64,000 nt of DNA. Origin: Heteronotia binoei (taxonomy: Eukaryota). Position numbers and translations under genes: made by a program. The stretch covers positions 37,324,001-37,388,000 of the forward strand of contig NC_083227.1 of assembly GCF_032191835.1 (NCBI RefSeq), read 5' to 3'. Under the pieces are notes generated by a model that was not told the origin of the DNA, made no database searches, and saw nothing but the letters and a program-made list of their open reading frames with translations. This document shows, piece after piece, positions 24,415 to 36,110 of this stretch. Within the stretch, counting starts at the first letter, position 1. The number at the start of each line of letters is the position of its first letter.

Positions 24415-25709
24415 GTGACAATCAGAGGAATGAGGAGGATGGGGAACTGCATCCTCAATTGCCAAAGGAAGTGAAGAATGAAGACTTGAGAGGAAACTTC
24501 TACAATCAAGATGGGCCTAAGAGGGAGAAAGAAAGCCAGATGGTCAAGGAGAGGGGTAAACTCATTCTTTGCCAAGGGGGGGATTTCCAAGAAGTAATTC
24601 CCATGCCGAAGCAAACATACAAGTGCTTGGTGTGTGGAATGAACTTTTCAAATCAATCCCTGTATAAGATCCATTTTGGAATACACAGTGAAAAGAAGAC
24701 CCAAAAATGGCTGGAGTCTGGAAAGATCATAATTCGCACGGTAAAGCTTCTTACATATGAAAGAACACATCCAGGAGAGAAACCTTATAGTTGCTCAAAG
24801 TGTGGCAAGAGATTCTCAGAGAAATCAGGCCTTATTCGACACCAAAGAATTTGCTCTGCAGAGAAGCTGTTTATTTGCTCAGAGACTGGAACTGTAGGAA
24901 ATGGAAATACACCTTTTCTAAAGCCCAGTATAGTGAATGCACATAAATGCCTTTGGTGCAGAAAGTACTTCAAATACCGATCACAACTCCTTGCGCACCA
25001 AAGAATCCACACAAGGGAGAAGCCTTTTGAATGCTCAGAGTGTGGAAAAAGATTCATTCAGCGTGGCCATCTTAAAAAGCATCTAAGAACCCACACTGGA
25101 GAGAAGCCTTTTGAATGTTCAGAGTGTGGGAAGAAATTCAGTCAGAGTGGTGATCTTCAAAGACATCTAAGAACCCACACAGGAGAGAAGCCTTTTGAAT
25201 GTTCACAGTGTGGGAAGAAATTCAGTCAGAGTGGTGCTCTTCAAAAACATCTAAAAACCCACACAGGGGAAAAGCCTTTTGAATGTTCAGAGTGTGGAAA
25301 GAAATTCAGTCGCAGTGGCTACCTTCGAAAACATCTGAGAATCCACACAAGGAAGAAGCCTTCTGGATGCTCTGAGAATGGGAAGAGATTTGGTTGCACT
25401 GGCACTCTTCAAAAACATCTAAGAACTCATGAAGGGAAGAAGTTTTTTGAATGTTCAGAGTGTGGGAAGAGATTCAGTCACGGTGGCGATCTTAAAAAAC
25501 ATCTGAGAACCCACACAGGGGAGAAGCCTTTTGAATGCTCTGAGTGTGGGAAGAGATTTGGTCGCAATGGCTCTCTTCGAAGACATCTAGGAATTCACAC
25601 AAGGGAGAAGCCTTTTGAATGCTCTGAGTGTGGGAAGAGATACAGTTGTAGTGGCACTCTTCGAAGCCATCTAAGAATTCACACAGGGGAGAAGACTTTA
25701 AGAACATAA
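24415..25709 (+). CDS. ZNF-A terminal exon: about 9 canonical C2H2 fingers plus degenerate fingers; protein 676 aa (715 with the cassette exon)
   Basis: TCTGCAG|GTGAC acceptor in phase with KRAB-A. ORF 24366..25709 has TGEKP-linked fingers. The stop TAA 25707-25709 lies in CR1 tail sequence. Confidence 0.92.
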
Positions 25710-27284
25710 GAGAAGCCATGTTGGATCAGGCCAATGGCCCATCCAGTCCAACGCTCTGTCACACAGTGGCCAAAATTTTTATATATATATATATATATAC
25801 ACACATACACACACACACACATATATATACACACACTGTGGCTAATAGCCACTGATGGACCTCTGCTCCATATTTTTATCAACCCCCCTCTTGAAGCTGG
25901 CTATGCTTGTAGCTGCCACCACCTCCTGTAACAGTAAATTCCACATGTCAATCACCCTTTGGGTGAAGCAGTACCTCCTTTTATTCGTTCTAACCCGACT
26001 TCTCAGCAATTTCATTGAATGCCCACAAGTTCTTGTATTGTGAGAAAGGGAGAAAAGTACTTCTTTCTCTACCTTCTCCATCCCATGCATAATCTTGTAA
26101 ACCTCTATCATGTCACCCCGCAGTCGACGTTTCTCCAAGCTAAAGAGCCCCAAGCATTTTAACCTTTCTTCATAGGGAAAGTGTTCCAAACCTTTAATCA
26201 TTCTAGTTGCCCTTTCTGCATTTTTTCCAATGCTATAATATCCTTTTTGAGGTGCGGTGACCAGAATTGCACACATTATTCCAAATGAGACCGCACCATC
26301 GATTTATACAGGGGCATTATGATACTGGCTGATTTGTTTTCAATTCCCTTCCTAATAATTCCCAGCATGGCGTTGGCCTTTTTTATTGCAATCGCACACT
26401 ATCTTAACATTTTCAGTGAGTTATCTACCATTACTCCAAGATCTCTCTCTTGGTCAGTCTCTGCCAGTTCACACCCCATCAACTTGTATTTGTAGCTGGG
26501 ATTCTTGGTCCCAATGTGCATTACTTTGCACTTGGCCACATTGAGCCTCATCTGCCACGTTGACGCCCACTTACCCAGCCTCAACAGATCCCTTTGGAGT
26601 TCCTCACAATCCTCTCTGTTTCTCACCACCCTGAACAATTTAGTGTCATCTGCAAACTTGGCCACTTCACTGCTCACTCTCAACTCCAAATCATTTATGA
26701 ACGTTAAAGAGCATGGGACCCAGTACTGAGCCCTGCGGCACTCCACTGCTTACCGTCCTCCACTGCAAGACTGCCCATTTATACTCACTCTCTGCTTCCT
26801 ATTAATTAGCCAGTTTTTGATCCACAAGAGGACCTGTCCTTTTACGCCATGACTCTCAAGTTTACTAAGGAGCCTTTGATGAGGAACTTTATGAGAAGCT
26901 TTCTGGAAGTCAAGGTAAACAATATCTATCGGTCTCCTTTGTCCACATGTTTGTTCACCCCCTCAAAGAAATGTAACAGGTTAGTGAGGCAAGATCTGCC
27001 CTTACAGAACCCATGCTGAGTCTTCCTCAATAACTCGGTGGGGTAGGGCGGGATATAAATCGAATAAATATAATAAATAAACTCGTGTTCATCAATGTGC
27101 CTACTCATTCTGTCCTTGATAATAATGGTTTCTACCAACTTTCCAGGTATTGAAGTCAGACTGACTGGCCTGTAGTTTCCTGGATCTCCTCTGGAACCCT
27201 TTTTAAAGATGGGGGTGACATTTGCTACCTTACAGTCCTCAGGAACAGAAGCAGATTTCAATGAAAGGTTACGTATTTTTGTCA
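25700..27284 (-). mobile_element. 5'-truncated CR1 LINE inserted into the ZNF-A finger array
   Basis: RT pieces ANVTPIFKKGSRGDPGNYRPVSLTS, KFADDTKL and EERLKCLGLFSLEKRRLRGD. The 3' UTR matches 62575-62638 in reverse, and a (TA)n(CA)n microsatellite lies at about 25781-25836. Confidence 0.93.
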
Positions 27285-27375
27285 GAATGCTCCAAGTGAG
27301 GAAAGAGATTCAGTTGCAGTGGCCATCTTCAAAATCATTTAAGAACCCGCACAGGAGAGAAGCCTTTTGAATCCC
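27285..27375 (+). pseudogene. Orphaned, decayed last zinc finger of ZNF-A
   Basis: [29 protein letters not shown] directly after the CR1. The downstream 3' UTR (27410-27790) is homologous to the ZNF-B/B' 3' UTR (720-1105). Confidence 0.85.
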
Positions 27376-28519
27376 AGAGTCACACAAAGAGAAGCCATGG
27401 AACTGCTTAGCTCAGAGATGTTGAACTCGTTTGTTAAGAGGACCATAAGTTACACGAATGTCACTTTGTTGAAGGGCTATGTGTTCCATAGAATGTAATG
27501 CTGGGTACAGGAGATAAACTTCAGGAAGGACGCAGACATACCCAATTAACAATGTTATTTTTTTTCAAAATACAAACATTTGTAAAACATTAAGAATATT
27601 TCCTTTATTGAAGTCTTTGAAAACTGACCCCTCTTGCTTTGAATCATTGCATGAAAACCTGGAGTCAGTGTCTGAGCTGCAGTGATCTTGAGTATGTACT
27701 TTTGATTTATGGGCATTTATTACAGAATAGAGCTGTTCACAGACATACATTGTCCCAAAAATAGACAGGATTTTAGAAGCAAAAGCCTTATGTTGGGGGT
27801 AATCTGGTAAAATTTCCTAATGCCAACTTCAGAAAGATTTTCCTTCAATGCAGCATCACAGTGCTCCTCCACCTACCTGCAGTTTGTGGCATCCTTTCAT
27901 TGATAGGTGGGGAGATGAAAGAAAAGGGCTGTTCAGAAAAGAAGGTAAGGGGAATCCTGAGGGTGGGTGAAATTGTCACCTATTTTGAGAAGAAACATAA
28001 GATGCTCTTTAAAAGGCTGGGTATTGAGTTTATCTGTACTCCATCTGTCTCCCCAACAGAACTCTGGGTGAGTTATGATATTTTTTAAGATTGAGAGAAT
28101 GAAATAGGCCCAAGGTCACAAGCAAGTTTTACAGCAGAATGGCATTTGAACTTTGGTCTAATGCTGTGACTGCTGTCAGTTCAAATGATATAACAACATA
28201 CACCACAACAATGACTAGCTAAATTATTAAAACAAGTATTACATATTTTTAAAGTATAGATTTTTCATATGTTCACAGTGTGCACACACCATGCAATAAT
28301 GAAAGTGATTCAAATACCAAAAGACATTTAAAGTGCTCAGTGCTCATTAAATCGTCTACTAAATAGTCCAAAAACCATCAAAATGAAGCACTTTATGCCA
28401 CTATTAGAAGTCCTCCAGCACTATCGGGTGTTTTTATTTTTGAAGAATTCAGTGATTCTCTAATCTTCACAATGCTGGCATTATAGCTGGTAGTTCCAAA
28501 ATGCTGACAAAACAGATCT

Positions 28520-29785
28520 GATTGTTGGAAATATGTATCTGTTTTGTATGTCCTTTGCAATATTCCAAAGTTCCAGTCATTATAGGGTTAACACTGCCTG
28601 ATTCCAATTTGCTAAATACATGGATGAAATATAAGAAATATGGAGATGAGAGAAGACAGTTATGGATAGTGCCAGCTGAAGTAATAAAAACAACGGCTGA
28701 GATAGGTGAAAAAAAGTGGTTGTCATATAATCAATTATTAAAAATACAAAGTGGCAAAATAGAATTGAAAACTGCTGACGAGTTGAATAATAAATATGAT
28801 TGTTTCCAAATGCAACAAATAAAGAGCTTGGTGGATAACGATATCAAGGAATAAGAAAACAAATAAATGGAAAAAGTTCTGCTTGGAGATAATGAAAAAT
28901 TAATTTCAAAAATATATAAATTACTTTTGAAATGGTCTACGGAGGATGAAGTAGTGAAATCTCAAATGATTAAATGGGCAATTAATGTAAATAAAGAAAT
29001 ACAGATGGAAACTTCGGAATACTTGTGGAAGAATTCTATGAAGCTCTTGACGTGTCATAGTATTAAAGAGAACTGTTTTAAAATGATGTATAGGTGGTAT
29101 ATGACTCCTAAAAAATTGGCAAAGATGAACAATAAGATGCCAGACAGATGTTGGAAATGTAAAAAACATGAAGGTTCTTTCTACCATATGTGGTGGACTT
29201 GTGAAAGAGCAAAAAAGTATTGGCAGATGATTCAGCAAGAAATTTCTAAGATCTTGGGATATGAATTTAAGAAAGTTGCAGAGACTTTTCTATTGAGATT
29301 GCAAATGGAAAAATTTCCAAAAGAAGATAGAACTGTAATTTGGTACTTGCTTTCAGCTGCTAGGACATTATATGCGCAGTTGTGGAAGCAAGAAAAAATA
29401 CCAGAGAAATGGGATTGGATTATAAAAGTTATGACATGGAGTGAAATGGACAAATTAACAAGAATAGTAAGAGACTATGATTTAGAAGTTTTTAAGACAG
29501 AGTGGAAAAAGTTTAGAAGATATGTAGAAAAAGAGTGGAAAATAAAAGGACATTGGACTATTTTTGATAACGATTAAGTTTTAAAAAGAAGAATATAATT
29601 TTTTGTTTTAATAGTTAAGGATACCTCTACATATTTGCATTTTAAGTAAATAACACTGGCGGGAGTCAAGTAACGGGGGGAGGGGTGGGTAGAAAGTAAT
29701 ATATGGCGTAGATAAAAAGTTTTTAAAGATGTAAGAAATAGATTTATTACCATAAGTTACCAATAAAATTGTTTTACCTCAAAAA
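28520..29785 (+). mobile_element. 5'-truncated L1-clade LINE 3' fragment
   Basis: ORFs 28522..28854 and 28867..29577 with YRWYMTP...CWKCKKHEGSFYHMWWTC; AATAAA at about 29762. Ends approximate. Confidence 0.85.
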
Positions 29786-30894
29786 CCCCCCACTGTGCCC
29801 GATTCCCTATTGCCTGCATAACCTGGGAAGAAGACACTGCTGGCAATTAAGGTCTAGAAGAGGGAAAACCTGTTTTGTCTGTTTGGTCAGTCAGTCATGT
29901 GACTTCCTTTGTTCAGGCAGAGAGGTCAAGGAGGAGGAGGAAGTAGCCTCCATTAAGCACATGATCTTCTAGCGTAAGAATGTAGTTCTATAGTGTTTGT
30001 TATTTTCACCTCCCAGTACCCTTTCCCTGTAGAAATAAATATGGTTTTGCTTTTTCATGTTAAATGATTATTTGATCCAGTGATCCATCGCACTGTTTGA
30101 GATAAATAGAATTTCAAACAGAATTCCCTAACACTGATGACATGGAATCTTCATTATAATGTTGACACAGCAGCTAATATATGATACCTTCAGAGATAAC
30201 TACCAGCGATAGCTTCCAAAGCGCTGGAGGAACAGCAATGCTGATAAGGCAACTGATGTATACCTTCAAGGCACTAATCAGGATTAACTTCAAGGTGCTG
30301 TCAAAATAGCTATGTGATCCTTGGGCATTTTTCAATACATGTTTTGTCTGCCCACCTTCCTCTTGGCTCAGCTTAGGCCAATGAGCAGTCTATGTTTTCA
30401 TAACAAGAAGCATCCACCATTAACCCAATATAGATGGAACTCAGTCCTGCCAATTTCATCATCCACTGGCTTTATCTTGCCAGCTATAATGTCAGCATTG
30501 TGAAGAATAGAGAATTATCAAATTCTTAAAAAAAATAAAAAACACCAGGCACAGAATTATTGCTGTAAAGCTTCCAGGCCATTCATTGGGTGAACTCAAA
30601 AAGGAGCTCTTTTTTAATGCAAAGGAACTTGAAAAACAGAATAGAAAGGGAAAATGCTGAATTTGAAGTTATTGCAAAACTTGGAACAAACCAGGACTCA
30701 AAATGGATATTGTTTTCTTATTACATATGCTAAATTCATTCAATCCTTACATTGTAGTCTCACCAACAAGGGCTATACATTCTCTTTATTTTAGTGTATT
30801 TCTTAGTTGGAATAGTAACTTAGAATAGTGATTGCAATGTATTGCAATGAATGAGAATGGTATATCAGAATGCATTCCTTTGGTCTGGTAACAG

Positions 30895-31430
30895 AGGAGA
30901 CATAACATGGAGCTGGGCATGTTTAGCCTGGAGAGGAGGTGGCTAAGAGGTAATATCACCATCTTCAAGCACTTGAAGGGCTGTCATATAGAGGATGGTG
31001 TGGAATTGTTTTCTGTGACCCCAGAAGGTAGGACCAGAACCAATGGGTTGAAATTAAAAGAGTTTCTGGCTCAACATTAGGAAGAACTTCCTGACAGTTC
31101 CTCAGTGGAACAGGCTTCCTCAGGAGGTGGTGGTCTCTCCTTCCTTGGAGGTTTTTAAACAGAGGCTAGATGGCCATCTGACAGCAATGAGGATCCTGTG
31201 AATTTAGACGGAGGTATTTGTGAGTACCCAGTTTGCTGGAGGCGGGGGAGGCGTAGATGACTGGGGAAGGCACTGGCAAACCACCTCGTAAAATCTGCTG
31301 TGAAAACGTGATGCGACATCACCCCAGAGTCAGAAATGACTGGTGTTTGCACAGAGGAGTACCTTTTTTATTTGTGCAGGGGGTTGGACTAGATGACCCT
31401 GGACGTCCCTTCCGACTCTATGATTCACTA
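30895..31430 (+). mobile_element. CR1 3' fragment with a nested Sauria/Squam1-like SINE 3' half (about 31223..31368)
   Basis: ELGMFSLERRWLRG..., tail GGACTAGATGACC...TCTATGATTC. The nested sequence matches the 3' half of the SINE at 49234..49530. Confidence 0.75.
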
Positions 31431-31946
31431 CAAATCACCCCTCAAACGAAAAGATACGATCAGTTACCTGCACACTTGAGAGGAAATGGATGGAGATGGT
31501 TCAGAGAAGAAGCATCATATCTGGGTCTGCAGAGAACACCCATTTAGAAGTCCTATTAGAATGCTTTGCTTGGAACCACCCAATGCTTTGTGACTGGCCC
31601 CAGCCATCATGGCAGCCTCTATGGAAAGGCACCCACGGCCTATTTGCAAAATCCCTGAAGTGCCCACAGTTTTCACAAGGCAGCGGAGATGTGGAATAGC
31701 ATATTGACTTCATCCAAACAGGGCCCTGAATGGATATTTTTATTAGAACCAACAAGGCTTGCCAAGTCTAACAACTGTCCTTGTTGTCTGCTTGCACCTC
31801 AAAATCTGGCAAGAGGAAAATTGAAGGGGGCTGTGTGCACTGGCACACATCACTTCTGGTGAAAAAGTGAAAATGATGTCAGAAGGAGTGCTCTAGGATT
31901 TACCAGAAACTATGTCTTAACCATTGAATTTTGGTGAATCCGTAGC

Positions 31947-32272
31947 TTGGGGTGGCCAAACTTGCTTAACATAAGGGCGACATAGAATAAATGTCAGATA
32001 TTTGAGAGCCACAAGACATGAATGTCAGATGTTTGAAAGCCGGCAGGCAGGCAGGAAAGGTGGAAAAAAAGCAAATACATGGAGGGTGGGAGAGGTGGAA
32101 AGAAAGAAACTTTAAATGCATTCTCCAAGCTGCTGGCTGGCTTGGAGAAGTAATTTAAAAAGCCAAATGCCTCCTCCAAACTGTCCAACGGAGTGGGGGA
32201 GGGCCTCAAGAGCCACACAATTTGTGTGAAAGAGCCACATGTGGCTCCTGAGCTGCAGTTTGGCCACCCCTG
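31947..32272 (+). mobile_element. Charlie-type hAT MITE
   Basis: TIRs GGGGTGGCCAAAC/GTTTGGCCACCCCTG; the body matches 8803..9108. Confidence 0.8.
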
Positions 32273-32629
32273 CCTTAGTCTGTCTTGAGAACCTGACTGG
32301 AGAGGCCAGCTTGCCTGGTTTGGTGGGCAACCTGCCTCCTTCAGCCTTGGTCCCTTGATAGGGGCAGTGGGGGAGGACAGTATCCCACAAAGCCATGCCA
32401 TCACTTCAGGCTGTGTAACTGGATGTGAAGCTATTATGTTGGGTATGCTCTGGTATCCCCCAGAAATTCTATGGTTTTTGCCCCGCAGCATGGTGAGGTC
32501 ACTCCCGTTAGGCAGCAAGAAATCACATTGCAACATTCCTGGATGCCCTCCCCCCCCCCCCCCCCGAGACTGTCTCTGCTGCATCTCTTGATGGAGGCTG
32601 TGGGGTACATCAGGCACAGCAGGCTGGTT

Positions 32630-32845
32630 TTTCTGTGCTTTAATAAAGACGTAACTTAGTTAATGAGTCCTTTATTTTTATGCGCTCCATTCTAGACCAG
32701 ACACAGTAGAAATAGGAATCCATTTCCATTTCATTTTTCTGTGCTTTAATGAAGAAGTAACTTAGTGAGTTAATGAGTCCTTTATTTTTGATGCGCTCTA
32801 TTCTAGACGAGACAGTAGAAATAGGAATCCATTTCCATCTCATTT
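32630..32845. repeat. Two-copy tandem duplication, unit about 107 bp
   Basis: TTTTCTGTGCTTTAAT...GAGTCCTTTATTTT..TGCGCTC.ATTCTAGAC..AGTAGAAATAGGAATCCATTTCCAT occurs twice. Confidence 0.85.
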
Positions 32846-34179
32846 ATTAGCTTCTATGACCAAAGGTCTTAAGCTCAATCAGGATGTAACGATCTAATGT
32901 ACTAGGATGGATGGAGATGCAGGAAGCATGGTAGCAAGATAGCAAAGCTGTTAGCCCACAAGAAGGAAGATTTCCTGGGAGTTGCCATTTATGTCCTGAC
33001 CTGGGTGGCCTAGACTAGCCTGATCTCATCAGATTTTGGAAGCTAAGTAGGGTCAGCCAGCCCTGGTTAGAATTTTGTATTTTTACCTGTGTGTGTGTGT
33101 GTGCATGTGTGCGTGCACACACACACCTGGAACTCATGGTGACCTCTGGTGACTGACCCCTACTGGGGCCCTGTAGGATGTTCAGAGAGGTGGCTGAACA
33201 GAGCCTGCCTCTGCCCTCCTGACTGCTGGTATTCTAAGGAGGTCTCCCATTCAAGTACTTGCCTGAATTGGCTTGCCTGGGCTATTCAGGTCAGTATTTG
33301 GATGGGAGACCACTACAGAATTCCAGATTTGCTATGGAGAGGAAGGCAATGGCAAACCACTTCTGTAGTCTCTTGCCTTGAAAATTTTACGAGGTCACTA
33401 TCAGTTTGCAGTCCTTTACAGGCATTCAGAGTAATTTACGCATCAAAGTAATAGCAGCAGAGCAACAGAAGGGAAGGATGTACAGGCCCTGGCCTATCTA
33501 TCTCTCTGGCTCTCTAGTTTCTCCCTCTGAAGTTTTCTCCCTTCTAACTTAGACCTAAGCCCCAATGAGGAAAGAATGTTTGCAATATCTTTGCCTCCAT
33601 CACTCCATTTGTAGCCTTTCCCACTCCCACAACATTCATTCATGAACATGGCATTTTTCACAGGCAGAAAGAAATATGAGTTGTGATCTTTCCTTTACCT
33701 TAGCCCTCCATAGCTCTAACCAGAGTGCATAACCATGGCAGGGTTAGGGTTCCAGGTCTTACCTGGCAGCTGGCAGGGGATCTTCCTTGAGCGCATGAAA
33801 TGATGATGTCATCCAGAGGAGTCATTATCACGCCAGGCATGTCACAGGGGGATGCTCTAGCACTTTGGAAAAAACTATGGTTGAGTTTTCCCCCCAAGTG
33901 CTAGAGTATCCCGTTCCCCCCCCCACACATACACAATGTGCCCAGCACGCTAACATCACTTCTGGGTGACATCATCATGCCAGGCACATCGCAGCATGCT
34001 GGTGCTTTTCTTGGGCACCCTTGCCAGCCAGTTGTGTGGTGGTGGGTTGGAGGCACCGAAATTGGGGGAAACCCCACCCCCATCAGGAGGCTGGGAACCC
34101 TAGGCAGGATAGTGCTTTCCCCCACTTCTCGAGACCAGTCTTGATTTTTTTCCCTCCTCACAGCTTATTTCTGTACTAT

Positions 34180-34303
34180 TTACACCAGAAGTGCTTCCGT
34201 CTCACAGATCCATTTGGTGACAGCGCTACAAGCTTCAGAAACCACTCTGTTTCCTTTCAGCATCCCACAGCTTTTTGCTTGAATGGTACCCGTCACTTGC
34301 AAC
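34180..34303 (-). CDS. C-type lectin-like NK receptor (KLRB1/KLRF-like), last CTLD exon
   Basis: CATTCTGCAG| acceptor; (L)LQVTGTIQAKSCGMLKGNRVVSEACSAVTKWICETEALLV*; phase 2 matches the preceding exon. Confidence 0.9.
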
Positions 34304-34944
34304 CTGCAGAATGAAGGCAAAAGTCAACCACATATTTGACATAAAGTAGCCACACCACTTTAACAGGACTTAAGTGTATAGACACAGATGGATCAGGCTA
34401 GCCAGCCTTGCCAGATCTTGGAAGTTAAGCCCTGGCCCTTGTCAGTATTTGGAGGGGAAACCAACAAGGAAGTCCAGAATCCCTATGCAGAGGCAGGCAA
34501 TGACAAATCTAGGCTGATCCTACATTAAGCAGGAGGGGTTGGACTAGACGGCCTGTATGGCCCCTTCCAATTCTGTGACTATGATTCTATAAACCACCTC
34601 TGAACATCTCACCTTGGAAACCCTACAGGGTAACCATAAGTTGGAGCAACTTGACAGCACTTTCCACCACCAAAGTATAGAAACGCCCACACTGCTGGTG
34701 AAATCTAAGCAGTCTTTTTGCTTTCTCTTCATGTTTCCTGTCTCAGGCATAGATATTGGGCATGGCCAGAGACTCTGTGAACAGGGAGGGGCATTCACAG
34801 CAGCAAAAGACTGCCCACATGGCCCACATTTCTATGAAGGTTCCTCTGCCCTCTCACAGGCTCCCTTCTCTCATGAAGTGCCAACAGAGTGGTTTGGGCT
34901 GGCTTTAAAAAGTTTGTAGTTATTTTGTTACAGGCTATATTTCT

Positions 34945-35150
34945 GTAGCCCTGACCTGGAATGCCCAGGCTAGCCCAGTCTTATCAGATCTTGGAAACTA
35001 AGCAAGGCCAGTTCTGGCTAGTATTTGGAAGGGAGACCCCCCCAAGGAATACCAGGGTCATTACACAGAGGTAGGCAATGGCAAACCCCCTCTGAATGTC
35101 TCTTGTCTTGAAAACCATATGGGGTCAGCATAAGTCAGCTCTGACATGAC
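34945..35150 (+). mobile_element. 5S rRNA-derived SINE (other degraded copies at about 33000-33080, 33150-33400, 34390-34510, 45230-45420, 45520-45650)
   Basis: 5S-like core CAGATCTTGGAAACTAAGCAAGG...TAGTATTTGGAAGGGAGACC followed by a non-5S tail GAGGTAGGCAATGGCAAACC; too diverged to be a 5S gene. Confidence 0.65.
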
Positions 35151-35308
35151 TGGGGTTTGGAATCGCTATAGCAAACTAGTGTCTTAAAAAAAGAAGCTGG
35201 CAAAAAGCCTGTCGACATTACAGCAGGGTAAAATAGTGGCTTCAAGGGGATGATGGCAGTAAAATGGCTCTGATGTGGGCAGAAGGTTAAAAACAATGCA
35301 CACTTTTC

Positions 35309-35490
35309 CAGGGCTCTTTTTGTAGCAGGAACTCCTTTGCATATCAGGCTACACCCCCCTGATGTAGCCAATCCTCCAAGAGCTTACAGGGCTCTTCTTA
35401 CAGGGCGTAATATAAGCTTTTGGAGGGCTGACTACATCAGGGCTGTGGGGCCTAATATGCAAAGGAGTTCCTGCTACAAAAAAAGCTCTG
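35309..35490. mobile_element. Palindromic hAT-like MITE related to 4615..4807
   Basis: CAGGGCTCTTTTTGTAGCAGGAACTCCTTTGCATAT...ATATGCAAAGGAGTTCCTGCTACAAAAAAAGCTCTG; arms of about 60 bp; no clear TSD. Confidence 0.7.
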
Positions 35491-35997
35491 ATTTCCAATC
35501 AGACTTTGTGATAACCTGATTGGATTGCAGTCTTTCTGGAAAGATCATAAAGAAGCAAGGGGAAATCTGGGAAGTGGTCAATTGGAGGAGGACGTGGTAT
35601 GGATGCCCTGCACCGTTCCAGTTGGGAAGCCCATGGACAAAAGAACCATATGGAAATTACCTGCCTTGGATAATTTTAGGCTAAGTTCCTCAAGGTAGAG
35701 TACAATGGTCTTGTACTCTGCAAAGTTCTGTGTACATTGACAGCTGAATAATTACAGCAATGTGGTTTATAAATCTCACGGCTAAGCTGCCATATAAGAA
35801 CAGTGTTTCTGAAATGAGGGCCATTTCAAACATTACTTTCTTAAAGTGTTCCCATATGCAGAATGCACGTATGCCTGCCATACTCTGTAATATGCAAGAA
35901 GTTTCCTTGCTTCCGTTTCACAGCATACAGATGCAGTGGTGGGGAGACCCTAAGGTATTTCTAACCCAAATGCTTGTGAACAGTAAGAAATACTCAC

Positions 35998-36110
35998 AGT
36001 GTGCTATTTAATGAGGAACCATCTATCCAGGTCCATTTTCCTGCTGGGGAAGTGGTGGTTAGTCCAATCCACAGTAACTGTGCTCCATTGGTAATGCTCT
36101 GTATGAAGTC
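35998..36110 (-). CDS. C-type lectin-like NK receptor, middle CTLD exon (WIGL)
   Basis: TGACAG|GACTTC...ACACT|GTGAGT; DFIQSITNGAQLLWIGLTTTSPAGKWTWIDGSSLNST; phase 0 to 2. Confidence 0.92.

Noticed and set aside
34960-35060. 5S rRNA genes
   Set aside because: They are heavily diverged, partial and fused to non-5S tails, so they are SINE-derived.
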